A DNA stretch of 64,000 nucleotides from Octopus vulgaris (lineage: Eukaryota), in assembly GCA_951406725.2 (NCBI GenBank), contig OX597835.1:37882001-37946000 (forward strand), written 5' to 3'. Both the position numbers and the translations under genes were made by a program. The first letter of the stretch is position 1; each line of letters begins with the position of its first letter. Positions 45,077 to 58,094 of this stretch are shown one piece after another. The notes under the pieces were generated by a model, which made no database searches, was not told the origin of the DNA, and saw only the letters and a program-made list of their open reading frames with translations.

Positions 45077-45254
45077 CTTGAAATGTATTTAACTCATAGA
45101 TGGGACTCTATGAGTTATATACAGGAAAGACAAAGCTTTACAGTAGAGAGAGGGAATTAGAGAGGTAACAAGATAAAATAATTGAGATATAGATAAGTTG
45201 ACTATAAATGTCAACTTACACATACATACATGCATACTTACATACAGGCAGACA

Positions 45255-45510
45255 GACAGTTTTGGAAATCAGCTGCCCAGCAGATGTTTACATAAGACTG
45301 AAGATCGGTGAAAAAGAGAATACTTACTTTGAACTATTGAGAAATCTGCAGTTACTCTATCCATGTTACAAGTTCAGGTTTTCAGCTGCAAGTATTGGGG
45401 TTCTGGATTATGTAACACACTGCCTATATACCAATCTTGAGAAATTAATCTTTTCAAACCCAGAAAGGAGAAAGCTGATTCAAAGACTACAGATTCAATC
45501 TATTCCAACT
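45255..45510 (+). mobile_element. Fragment of a restriction-like endonuclease (R4/Dong-type) non-LTR retrotransposon
   Basis: VLEISCPADV.I..KI.EKENTY.ELLRNLQLLYP.YKF....IG.L..V...L..NLEKL matches the RLE C-terminal pattern. Confidence 0.7.
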
Positions 45511-45755
45511 GCAGACGAAATACACACGGCATTACACATATGGCCCATGTACTAACTTCACATTCCATGACTACGATTGGGATTGATCAGGGAATGGACA
45601 AGGATTCTGGATTATTTTTCCAGTTTTTTTCCATAATTTTTGAGAGCGGTTGGGTTCATTTTTAGTATTCTTGTTTGTGAGAGCAGTTGAGTTTATTTCA
45701 GACATTGACGTTGAGAAGATGTTGGTGTTGCCTTTGTGGAGGTTTATGCTCTTGA

Positions 45756-45790
<35 letters not shown>

Positions 45791-45828
45791 TTTCACTGAG
45801 GCATAGTTCACAATTATACACTTTTCTG

Positions 45829-45874
<46 letters not shown>

Positions 45875-45949
45875 AGGATAAAATCTTTAAAAGAAATTAT
45901 AGTAGTATATAAGAGAAAAAATATTCTTCCTCTTTGAAAATATTATTTA

Positions 45950-46139
45950 TATTATATTGAGGGTACTACTATTTGTAGATACCATACTACGGTTGGCTAT
46001 CGAGCTTGTAATGTTATGGTTTTCTCTTATATTTCTTGAGTTTGTTGCACTGATGAACATAAAATGCATATTCTGCATTTAAATGCGAAACCCTCTTAGC
46101 GTGTTGGTATCTACGAATAGTAGTACCCTCAATATAATA
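45950..46139. repeat. Short element with ~34-nt terminal inverted repeats
   Basis: tattatattgagggtactactatttgtagatacc ... ggtatctacgaatagtagtaccctcaatataata. Confidence 0.7.
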
Positions 46140-46537
46140 TATATATATATATACATACATATATACGACGGGCTTCTTTTCAGTTTCCATCTACCAAATC
46201 CCCTCACAAGGCTTTGGTCGGCCCGACACTATAGTAGAAGATGCTTGCCCAAGGTGCCAAGCAAGCTACTTACCACTCAGCCACTCCCGTGTGTGTGTGT
46301 GTGTTTATATATATATATTATTTAGCAGATGTAAAACAATGACTGAAGGTTTACAGGTTTTGTGCCTTGGTGCTCATCAAACAGGTGAACCTGTTTGATA
46401 AGTGCCAAAGCACGAAACTCTTGGAGCTACAATCACTCTGTTACTTCTGCTAAATATTAATGAAAATATACATATATTCATAATTTGAGCTCTATTTTTC
46501 CCGTTTGCATCAACATACCTCTGTGTGCATATATATC

Positions 46538-46590
<53 letters not shown>

Positions 46591-47692
46591 GTGTGTGTGT
46601 GTGTTCTTTTCTCCTGCCTGCCAGCCATGAAGAGCATGTGTATTAGATAGCCATCCGGTTATCTAATATCCTGTGTGAAACAAAATAAAATTGGCAGTGA
46701 TGGATCTGTAATATTCTGTACTTTGATTTACACACACACTCACACACACACACATCTTGATATAGCTACATGTTTGTCAATGAAATATATATATATATAT
46801 ATATATATGTGTGCATGTGTGTGTACACATATGTGTGTGTGTACACGTATGTGTGTGTGTTTGTGTGTGTGTGTGTATGTACATATATATATGTGTGTGT
46901 GTGTGTATATATATATATATGTATGTGTGTATATATATATATATATGTGTATATATATATGTGTATATATATGTATATATATGTGTGTATATATATATGT
47001 ATATATATGTGTCTGTATATATATATATACATACACATACATACATATACATATATACATATATTATATACATATATATATGTATATATATATATATACA
47101 TACATACATATATAGCACAGCAGGAAATTTGGCAATAAACCAAACAAAAATACCTTGTGGTATTTATTCAGCATCAGTTCCCCAGACATTCTTTTGTCCC
47201 TCGCACCATCAGAAACACAATAATTGGTTTGTCGGAAGCTTAGAACTGACTACACTATTCTTCTCGAAACACATGATACAAAATATATAATTCCAATTAT
47301 TTCGGTGACATTACACAGAACCATACTTAACTTACCAAATGCCGCCATGAAGATGGTAACAGATTACATTTCTACATGTTCGGCGATAATTATTCAAAAG
47401 CAGTGGAAGGAATATGGTAAATTCTTACTGATGAATAAGCATTTGCATTAACGAGTTATAATGGTTTGCATCAATAGTTGAATGGTGTTGTTTGTTTGTT
47501 TGCTTGTTTATATATTCCTGTGTTTTTGTTCCACTACAATGGAAGACAGACACCACCAAAAACTAATAAATTGCTCCTGCTAGGATATATATATATATAT
47601 ACGTGTGTGTGTATACATGTATATATGAATATACATGCATACATGAATATACATATATATATATATATATGCATACATGTGTATATATATAT

Positions 47693-47752
<60 letters not shown>

Positions 47753-47895
47753 ATAGCTAGATAGATATAAAACTGTGTATGTGAGTGTGTGTGTGTGTAA
47801 TATATACATATATATATATATGCACACACATATATATATGCATATATGCATAAATATATATATATATGCACACACATATATATATGCATATATGC

Positions 47896-47963
<68 letters not shown>

Positions 47964-48776
47964 GTACATATATATATTTTTGTATTTATAAATACATGTT
48001 TATATTTATAAATATGTATGTATATATCTGTGTGTGTGTATGTGTGAAGACGATGATGATAATAGTGATATGTATGGATTAGAAGAGCTAAGCAGTGATT
48101 TATATAAATATAAACTTGTTACCAGCTTAGCATCAATGTTGAAGAGAAGATAACTACTTCAAAATCCATTTTATCCTTGTGGGTGTTGCGATAATTAACA
48201 TGGTATTCCATGGCTGAAGGGTTGTCAGACTATATCAAAGCATTGAATAAAATGCTCTATGATATCTTTTCTGTTATCTTTTACTCATTTCAGGCTGTAG
48301 ACTGTGGCCATGCTGGAGCACCACTCTGGAGAATTATAGTGAAACAAATCAACCCCAGTCCTTATGCTTTTCTGTTTTTCTTTTTCTTTTTTCTTTCTGT
48401 TAAGCCTTGTGCTTATCCTATTGGTATTCTTTGCTGAACTGCTAATTTACTGGGATGTAAATACACTAACACCAGCCGACAAGCAGTGAGTAGTGGGGGA
48501 CAAATAAATACACAAAGAACACACACACATATGCACACACACACATGCATACACACACACGTATGCACACACACACACATGCATACACACACACACATGA
48601 TAGGCTTTGGTCAGTCCAGAGCTATAGCAGAAGACAACTGCCCAAGGTATCATGTAGTGGGATTGAACCCAGCCACACCTATGCCTGTATCTGGATATCT
48701 GCCATAAGTCTGTTGAGGGTCTATGCATTCTAAATTCAGATTCCATTTTTTAACACCAAAGAGTAACTAAGTTATT

Positions 48777-48807
<31 letters not shown>

Positions 48808-48839
48808 ATGTGTGTACCTGTGTGCATACATGACAGAGT

Positions 48840-49300
48840 GTAAGTGCCCTGAGAGAAAAGTCGGGCATAAGAAGCACCAGGTGTGGTGTGCAAGAGAGAC
48901 GTCTGCACCAGTATGGTCATGTGCTGTGTATGGATGAGGACAGCTATGTGAACAAGTGTCACACCCTAACATTGGAAGGAACCTGTGGAAGAGGTAGACC
49001 CAGGAAGACATGGGATGAACCTTTGAACGTTGGGCCTCATGGAGGCAATGACAAGAGACAAAGACCTTTGGAGATATGCTGTGCTTGAGAAGACCTGGCA
49101 AGTAAAGTGAGATTACAGCTGTGGCCAATGCCATTATTGCATAACCACCCCTTTTCAAAGTACCCTTGAATCGTCAGGTGATATGCTGTGCTTAAGAGTA
49201 CCTTTTGAGTCAAGTTAAGTCACAATTATGGCTGATGTCAGTGCCACCTGACTGGCACCCATGCTGGTGACACGTAAAAGGCCCCATTCAAACATGGTCA
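48840..49300 (+). mobile_element. RTE-clade LINE fragment (ORF C-terminus and start of 3' UTR)
   Basis: QERRLHQYGHVLCMDEDSYVNKC..L.LEGTCGRGRPRKTWDE is the RTE C-terminal motif; downstream UTR matches family D. Confidence 0.8.
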
Positions 49301-49516
49301 ATACCAGTGCCCCCTGAGTTACTCCTGTGAATGCAACACTCTAACCACTAGGCCACACACCCTCACACACACACGCACACACACATATATATATATATCT
49401 ATAAATATAAATTTAAAATGAGGGTAAGAAATTAGATATTAATTTAATTAACATCGATTTCACACCAGAGGTCTAGCATATAAAAAACTGAAGGTTCAGT
49501 AAAATTGTATTACATA

Positions 49517-49611
49517 CATATTAGAGGGAAACCACTATATGGATATCCTTATGCTAAGCAGATCTATTTCTAGCATAAGGGTGTCCACATAGTGGTTTCT
49601 CTCTAATATAT
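49517..49611. repeat. ~40-bp-arm hairpin within a (TA)n-flanked remnant
   Basis: tattagagggaaaccactatatggatatccttatgcta / tagcataagggtgtccacatagtggtttctctctaata. Confidence 0.75.
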
Positions 49612-49613
49612 AC

Positions 49614-49733
<120 letters not shown>

Positions 49734-49826
49734 CGGATTTCTATGGATAACACCATACAAAATTCTGGTGCATCTAAATTAAGTACCATATTCATTTGAA
49801 TCAAAATTTTTGCTGAACTTATATAT

Positions 49827-49884
<58 letters not shown>

Positions 49885-49909
49885 ATATATATACATATAT
49901 ATGTATGTA

Positions 49910-49955
<46 letters not shown>

Positions 49956-50585
49956 TATATATATACATACATACATATTTAATATATATATATATATATA
50001 TATATATCTACATGCACATGTATGAATGTATATTTGTTGTGTTATCGACATGGAACAACACATAAATGAGCATGTGTATCGGAAGCATGGATTTCCATAT
50101 TATTTTTTTTTTTTTAATATCCAGAAAATCTTATCGAAACAACATATAATAGAAATTTTGATGAAAATAACAGAGAGCCATTCAGTACGGCATTGTTTCA
50201 ATTATCAATTCTATTGTATTCCAAATTTCTATAACATGTTGTTTCTATGAAATTTTCTAAAACACCAGAAAAAAAACCATGTAAATTCCCACATGTGTCA
50301 GGTGGAGGATTATATAAGATAAGCAGCAGTGAGAGAAAGGGAAGAATTATTGCTGTCAACAGACGTGGGTGTTGCTGTGCGGTAAGAAATTTGTTTCCCA
50401 ACCACATGGTTTTGAGTTCAATTCCACTGCTTTGCATCTTGGGAAACCGGGCAAGTGTCTTCTACTATAGCCTCTGGCCAAAATCTTGCAAGGGGGTTTG
50501 GTATGTATAAGCTTGTTGCTTATACATACATACATACATATATACATACATACATACATACACACATACATACATACATACATAT

Positions 50586-50617
<32 letters not shown>

Positions 50618-50780
50618 GTATATTGGCAGGGCTGGCCTGCTAGGTAGCCGGCCAGAATGCTAGAAATAGATCATAAACGATCAAACTACAAGGGAAATTC
50701 TCTAGAGGAAGAATTCAGCGAACACCAGAACCGAATTTGGCGGGCAGGACATATGAAAAATTAAATAAAAAACAGACTTA

Positions 50781-50856
50781 AATGCATACCTCGGTTTCGG
50801 TCTTAACAAAAGAATTACTTGCATAATTCAAGTGTCCATGACTTCTTCAGTACATT
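50781..50856 (-). ncRNA. Type I hammerhead ribozyme motif (arm 1)
   Basis: Inverse copy of 51387-51462. Confidence 0.65.
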
Positions 50857-51386
50857 CGGTCCTCGAGATGCAAACCGCAAGACTAACCCCAGCTCTCTGT
50901 GTCAAGACAGACACGTGCTTAGTCTTACTGATTACATCGGGAATAAAATTTCAAATGTCTTGGTTCCGGCGCGCTAAGAGACTCCTGAAGCGAAGGGCTG
51001 CAGTGAATAATTCACTGCGGGTAAAGCTTACTGCTAGGGAACGTATTTATTTAAATATTTAAAAATTGAGGGAGATGAATTAATATTAATTTTAATATCA
51101 ATTTAAAACCAGTAGTCCAGCATTCAAAAAATCTGAGGAGTCAGAGAAAATTCATATATATGTGTATATTGGCAGGGCTGGCCTGCTAGGTAGCCGGCAC
51201 GTTCCCTAGCAGTAAGCTTTACCCGCAGTGAATTATTCACTGCAGCCCTTCGCTTCAGGAGTCTCTTAGCGCGCCGGAACCAAGACATTTGAAATTTTAT
51301 TCCCGATGTAATCAGTAAGACTAAGCACGTGTCTGTCTTGACACAGAGAGCTGGGGTTAGTCTTGCGGTTTGCATCTCGAGGACCG

Positions 51387-51462
51387 AATGTACTGAAGAA
51401 GTCACGGACACTTGAATTATGCAAGTAATTCTTTTGTTAAGACCGAAACCGAGGTATGCATT
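51387..51462 (+). ncRNA. Type I hammerhead ribozyme motif (arm 2), predicted cleavage after A51456 (GUA)
   Basis: aatgta-CTGAAGA-AGTC...GACC-GAAA-CC-GA-GGT-A-tgcatt: 6-bp stem I, intact core, short stem III; A-C at the base of stem II. Confidence 0.7.
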
Positions 51463-51730
51463 TAAGTCTGTTTTTTATTTAATTTTTCATATGTCCTGCC
51501 CGCCAAATTCGGTTCTGGTGTTCGCTGAATTCTTCCTCTAGAGAATTTCCCTTGTAGTTTGATCGTTTATGATCTATTTCTAGCATTCTGGCCGGCTACC
51601 TAGCAGGCCAGCCCTGCCAATATACACATATATTTGAATTTTCTCTGACTCCTCAGATTTTTTGAATGCTGGACTACTGGTTTTAAATTGATATTAAAAT
51701 TAATATTAATTTATCTCCCTCAATTTTTAA

Positions 51731-51779
<49 letters not shown>

Positions 51780-52104
51780 ATATACATATATAAATCATAA
51801 ATACTATTGCAATACAATAGTATTATTTTCCATCAAATAATTCATGCCTTCGATAGTTCGAGCGTATCACTCAGGCTTGTGAGGAAGGGATGGCCTCCCT
51901 TTGCAAATACTCCAAGGACACAGATATTGTGTCTAGAGCCAGCTAGAGATGAAGATCTCTTGGGGCTATAAAGCTACAGTAACACCCCCTCCCCAATGTG
52001 GTTAGCCATGATAAGATGGCTTCTATACTTTACATTATCGAGCGATTACTGTTTCAATCTCATTCTGAGATTTAATTAATTCATGCCTTGTTGTGCTACT
52101 ATTT

Positions 52105-52140
<36 letters not shown>

Positions 52141-52500
52141 TTCAGCAAAATTTAGATACATATGAATATGGTGCTTAAGTTAAAGGCACCAGAATTTGGT
52201 ATGGCATTATCCATATAAATCAAATGGGGTGATTATAATCAAAATAAGCAACAAGGATATCCAAGCTAGTGTAGTACAATCGTTTCATGCTACTTCATTT
52301 TATTAAACACTGTAAGTATTACATCAGTTTTAAAATGTCGAGCAATCTTCAGCCACATATAGAATTTTTTAATTAAATAGACAATGTACATTTTTATACT
52401 TATTCCATTTGCCAACATTACAAAGAGGGTAGATATATAGACAAAGCGGTTAATTTCATCATTTTTCATCATTTATATATATATATATATATATATATAA

Positions 52501-52549
<49 letters not shown>

Positions 52550-52572
52550 TCTGATCAAGAAGTATCTGGACT

Positions 52573-52740
52573 GTTGCCATAGTAATGAAGCTAAAGCATG
52601 CAGAGTAGAGCTGCTTGGCACACATTGGCCCTTGACTCTGTTGAGCATGTGCACTAAGTTTTAACATCCTAGCTTATTTCTGCTGTTTATAGCACTGCTT
52701 AGAAGAAAGGTGTGTAGTGTGTGTAAGTCGTCATGGCAAT
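52573..52740. promoter_or_regulatory. Second pair of X-box-like motifs
   Basis: GTTGCCATAGTAAT (52573-52586) and GTCGTCATGGCAAT (52727-52740) in unique sequence. Confidence 0.35.
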
Positions 52741-52792
52741 AGCTGCTCAGAGGCTGCTCCTGGGTCAAATGACAACAACAGCAACAACAAAA

Positions 52793-53180
52793 TGGAGGCA
52801 CAATGGCCCAGTGGTTAGGACAGTGGTCTCGCGGTCGGAGGATCGCGGTTTCAATTCCCAGACCAGGCGTTGTGTGTGTTTATTGAGCGAAAACACCTAA
52901 AGCTCCATGAGGCTCTGGCAGGGGGTGGTGGCGACCCCTGTTGTACTCTTTCGCTCCAACTTTCTTTCACTCTTTCTTTCTGTTTCTTGTCCTCGACTTC
53001 CTATGCAACCGCTGAGCCTGGATGTGAATTCATCCATCCGTCGATGCTCTCGGTGTCGGGGTTGACCTGCTTTCTCTTCTGTGGGTCTTAGGAATAGCAA
53101 AGGACCACGTTTCAGCCTTCTCCCATCTTGCGAGCTCTGGGATGAAGACCGTTCGCTCAACAGCACTGCTCAACAGCAAC
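52793..53180 (+). mobile_element. SINE family C
   Basis: Paralogue of 12583 and 25310, in a (CAA)n context. Confidence 0.85.
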
Positions 53181-54229
53181 AACATACAAGCCATAAAACC
53201 AGTAAAGGCGACACTAACGACCCCAGTGGCATTGTTTGGGTGTGTGTGTGCCACCCTGGACAGCACTTGAGTTTGCACATTGCCTCTCTTACCAACCCGG
53301 CCCCACTCCCAATCCTATACATGTTTATACTGACTCATACAACAGACCCAACCCGCTGATGAAAGCTTTGCCCAGGATGAGAGGGGTGAACTGCCCCTCC
53401 TCTCTAATTATGCTACTAATTAAACCAACAAAATACTTTGTAAAAATGACTGCTTGATCTGTTAGAAATAACAGTTAAATCTTCATCTTCACTATAAAAT
53501 CACTTCAAAAAAGGAGTGATATATTGGATAATACAAAATTAGATAAGGTAGAGGGAGAAAATAAATGGATCCATCATGGCTGGAGTATTGACCATGGATC
53601 AGCTCAATTATAGCTGACCAATGGCTAAATGACATGAATAACATGAGCCAAGCAATGAGACAGCTTCTACGTGGTCGATTGACCTGTAAGAAATAGCAGG
53701 CAAATCTCCTTTGAATCATGTACTGCTGCATTAAAAAAGGAAGGGAGGACACATTGGACAATGAAGTGATAGGTATATAGAAGACAGTTGAGGTGGTCAT
53801 GGATGGAGAGTTTTTTATCATTATTTGGCTCATTTAGATCTAGCCTGTGCAATGCAAGAATGACAGAATCATTAATACCATCCCCACCACCACCACCAAA
53901 ACAACCAGCACCAGAATTCTCACTTCCACCACCACAACCAACAACAACAACAACAACAACAACGCATAGCTATAATACACATACACACATACAAATACAC
54001 ATATGGAAACATCATCATCTCTACAGAACACATACACAAACACGCACAGATAAGACACATACTTGCACACATGCACATACACACATGCATATGCACTCGC
54101 ACACAAACATACACACTCACACACATACAAGCACACACATGTAAACATATCCCCATTCACCTTGACAGAACACACACACACAAAGAAGAAACACACACGT
54201 GCATATATTGGCATGCACATACACACATA

Positions 54230-55010
54230 CGTGCTCACACACACACACACACACACATACACTCAAACACCCATACCTATACTCACAGATACAAACACAC
54301 ACACAGAAGAAACACGCAGACACACACATGCACACACATTTGCATGCACACACACACACACACAAACACCCATACTCACAGATAAACACACACACATTTG
54401 CCTGCATACTCACACACACTCAAACACACATGTACTCATACACTAAAACACACATACACATACTCACACACTTGCACACACACACATTTGCATGCACACA
54501 CACATTCAAACACACGTACTCATACACTAAAACACACATGCACATACTCACACACTTGCGCGCACACACACGCACATACATTTGCATATGTGCACACACA
54601 CACGCACACACATACACACACACACTCTGAAACACCCATACTCGCAGATACACACACACACACATACTCATGCACTAAAACACACATACACATACTCAGA
54701 CACTTGCACACACACACGCACATACATTTGCATGCACGTACACACTCACATGCTCACACACACACACACACACTCAATCACCTATACTCACAGATACACA
54801 CACACACACACACACATTTGCATGCACACACACACACATTCAGACGAACACATACTCATACACTAAAACACGCACACACATACTCCCACACTTGCACACA
54901 TACACACGCACATACATTTGCATATGTGCGCACACACACACACACATACACACACACATACAAACACGCACACACACACTCACATACACACACACACGCA
55001 CACACACACT
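54230..55010. repeat. CA-rich minisatellite
   Basis: Recurring catactcacagatac / atttgcatgcac / tactcatacactaaaac units. Confidence 0.85.
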
Positions 55011-56053
55011 TACACTGATGCAAACAAGACAGAAAAAAAAGAACCAAAACCCACGACAGATTGAAGTGAGTGGTGTAGCTGTAGTAAGACATTAGTGCCT
55101 CATCTCCTCGCTGTGATCCATAAATCAGCTAAAAGCCATTAGTCAGTGATTGATGTGGTACTTATATCCGAAGCAAAAGGCAGGATATTGGTGATGCTAA
55201 GAGATGCAGTCTTCAAGTAACTTTATTAATGCTAATAACAGCAATTAGACTCATCAGACTAACAACACACATATCTATATTAGCCTTGTCGCAGAAGCGG
55301 GAAAGGAGGGAGGCGCTTGGTGGAGGTGGTGGTGGTGGTGGTGGTGATGGTGGTGGTGGTGGTTGTAGTGGTGATGGTGATGGGTTGTTGGTGGTGTTAA
55401 TGGTGGTAGTGGTCGTGGTGGTGGTAGTAATGATGGGGGTGGTGGTGGTGATGGTGGTTGTAATTGTGGTAGTGGTTGTGGTGGTGGTAGTGGTGATGGC
55501 GTGGTTGTGGTGATGGGGGAGTGATGGTTGTGGTGGTGGTAGTATAAGAGTGGTAGTGGTGATGGGGTGGGGTGGGAGGGTGGTAGTGGTGATGGGCGTG
55601 GTTGAGGTGTTGCTGACTGTAGTGGTGGTGATGGTCATGGTGGTAGTGATGGTCATGGTGTTGGTGTTGGTGGTGGTGGAAATGGTCATAGTGGGTGGTG
55701 ATGGTAGTGGTAGTATCGGTGGCAATGGTTGTAGTGGTGGTGGAAATGATCATGGTGATGGTGGTGGTGACATTGAAGGTAATGATTTTAGTGGTGGTGG
55801 TCGTGGTGGAAATGTTCATGGTGATGGTGGCAATGGCATTGAGGGTAATGGTTGTAGTGGTGGTGGTGGTGGTTGTGGACATGGTGGCTGATGTTTGATC
55901 TGCAATGATGCAACGGTTGAACAGATTCGTGATTGAGTGATCGAGCAATGTGTACCATCTACAATCATCAAGTATTTTCTTTAGATAAAAGACAAAGACG
56001 AGTGTGTAAACAACAAACAGATGTATTAGTTTAACGCTCGGGAAGTGAGAAAG

Positions 56054-56092
56054 TCCTTTACGTTTCGAGCCTACGCTCTTCAACAGAAAGGA
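56054..56092 (-). ncRNA. Minimal type I hammerhead-like motif with CUGUUGA core
   Basis: ccttt-CTGTTGA-A-GAGC-gtag-GCTC-GAAA-CGT-A-aagg; palindromic ACGU stem III, GUA site. Confidence 0.55.
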
Positions 56093-56166
56093 ACACAAAA
56101 ATAAACTGTAAAATAGAAAAATGTTTTAGTGGCTATTGATCTATCATCTATATATATATATTATTG

Positions 56167-56223
<57 letters not shown>

Positions 56224-57377
56224 TCAATTGGTTCTCAAGAAACAGCTTCCAGTAAATTACATAACATGCATGATTAAATTGTTGTCATCAACAATGTCTA
56301 TTGAGATAATGTGTGATTGATCACCTCCACATGTTGAAACAATCGTAAACCATGGAATAAACATCACACTATATATATATATAAATATTTATTTATTTAT
56401 TTATATATATATATGTATATATTTGTGTGTGTGTGTGTGTTTGTCTCCCTACCATTACTTGACAACCAATGTTGGTGTGCTTATGTCCCTATGACTTAGT
56501 GGTTCAGCAAAAGAGACCAATAGAGTAAATACTAGGCTACCAAAGAATTAGTTCTGGGATCGATTTGTTCAACTAAAAAATCCTTTAAGGTCGTGCTCCA
56601 GCATGGCCACAGTCAAATGACTGAAACAGGTAAAAGAATATGCATGAAACCTGAAATTTGGGGAGAAGGAACCGGTTAATTATGTTGACCCCAGGACTCA
56701 AATCGTTCTATTATATTGACCCCAAAGGGATGAAAGGCAAAAAGAGCCTTGATAGAATTTGAACTCAGAATATAAAGATCCAAAAGAAATGCTGCTAAGA
56801 GATTATCTCCAAGAACTTAGACATTCATTTACCAATATGGTTTAGTTCTCTTCTATGAATCAGCACAAAAATCTAAGAATTGCCTGAATCCACTAGCAGA
56901 CTTAAAGATTGTAATCAACCACAAAGTTCCACATTTAGATAAGCAGGAACCAAGAATTCATTAAACCATTTGTTGGCATATTTCTGATAAAATACAATGC
57001 CTTTGTCTCACTTAATTTTCTAAGTCGTGACGTGTTCGTTAAATTAGCTTTGTCATCATTAAGCTGGTGTTTAAAGCATAAATTTTGTTGGAAGATTTTA
57101 ATTTAGATCAGCCTTTGGTTGAACAAATCGACCTCAGGATTTATTCTTTGTAAGCCTAGTATTTATTCTATCAGTCTTTTTTGCTGAACCACTAATGTTA
57201 CAGGAATGTAAACACACCAACATCGGTTGTCAAGTGATAGTGGGGGGGACAAACACAGACATACAAATACATACATACATAAATAAAGTTAATCCAAACA
57301 TGAAAACACAATCACGTGAGGATGTGGAACAAGTATAGTGTTATTGGACGCTCAGGAAAGGAAAAAAAGAAGGAGAA

Positions 57378-57411
57378 TTTAACATTTCGAGGGGAGCTCT
57401 TCATCAGAAAC
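57378..57411 (-). ncRNA. Hammerhead motif, paralogue of 5158-5192 with intact CUGAUGA
   Basis: gttt-CTGATGA-A-GAGC-tcc-CCTC-GAAA-TGT-T-aaa; lies in a remnant (57283-57480) that interrupts a SINE A copy (57110-57685). Confidence 0.5.
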
Positions 57412-57478
57412 ATAGAAAAAAGAAAGATCCAAGGAAGGGAAGACGGAGGAAAAAAAATCGCCAATGATACACATGCGG

Positions 57479-57514
<36 letters not shown>

Positions 57515-57734
57515 TATTATATACGATGGGCTTCTTTCAGTTTCTGTCTACCAAATCCACTCACAAGGCTTTGGTCAGCCTGAGGTTATAGTAGAAGACA
57601 CTAGCCCAAGGTACCACGCAGTAGGTCTGAATCCAGAACCATGTGGTTGGGAAGCAAGCTTCTTACCACACAGCCACACCTGAGCCTTTGTTTCAGTAAA
57701 TTTTTAAAATATTGAACAATTTAGTAATATAACA

Positions 57735-58042
57735 TTGTCATTCTTCTGTTGTGTCTGGTGAGAGTCAATGTCTTTTTGCGCCTTATAACTTAACACACTC
57801 ACCGGTAAAATTTCCACTTTTTTCTTATTTTTATTTTCCTAAAATTTTCGTTGCATCTTGCAACCTTTTCAATAGTTTTGACTGAAAACTAGTGAAAAAG
57901 TTGCAAGACACAACGAAAATTTTAGGACAATAAAAATAAGAAAATAAAAATAAAAATAAAATAAGAAAAAGTGGAAATTTTACTGGTAGGTGTGTAAGGC
58001 ACAAAAAGAAAATGACTCTCTCCAGACACAACAGAATATGAT
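57735..58042. repeat. ~145-bp-arm inverted repeat
   Basis: Centre ~57882; cctaaaattttcgttg...ttgcaac pairs with gttgcaa...caacgaaaattttagg. Confidence 0.85.
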
Positions 58043-58094
58043 TCAACACACGAACTCATATAAAGATTCTTGCAAACCAAATCCCAAAATGAAA

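Larger units (their letters stand above)
50621..51736. mobile_element. Very young inverted/partial-tandem element in (TA)n, Penelope-like pseudo-LTR architecture
   Basis: Layout A-C, B-A, then inverse C-A-B. 50621-51043 versus 51199-51622 differ by about one base by eye; hammerhead in each arm. Confidence 0.8.

Noticed and set aside
50832-51411. Paired 76/95-aa ORFs (MSMTSSVH.../MSVTSSVH...)
   Set aside because: Mirror images from the inverted repeat, starting at GTG, antisense to the hammerhead; no recognisable domain.
53492-53690. Minus-strand exon candidate after a tttcttacag acceptor
   Set aside because: Most of it overlaps a dispersed repeat also seen at 13950-14390 and 40645-40850; no homology.
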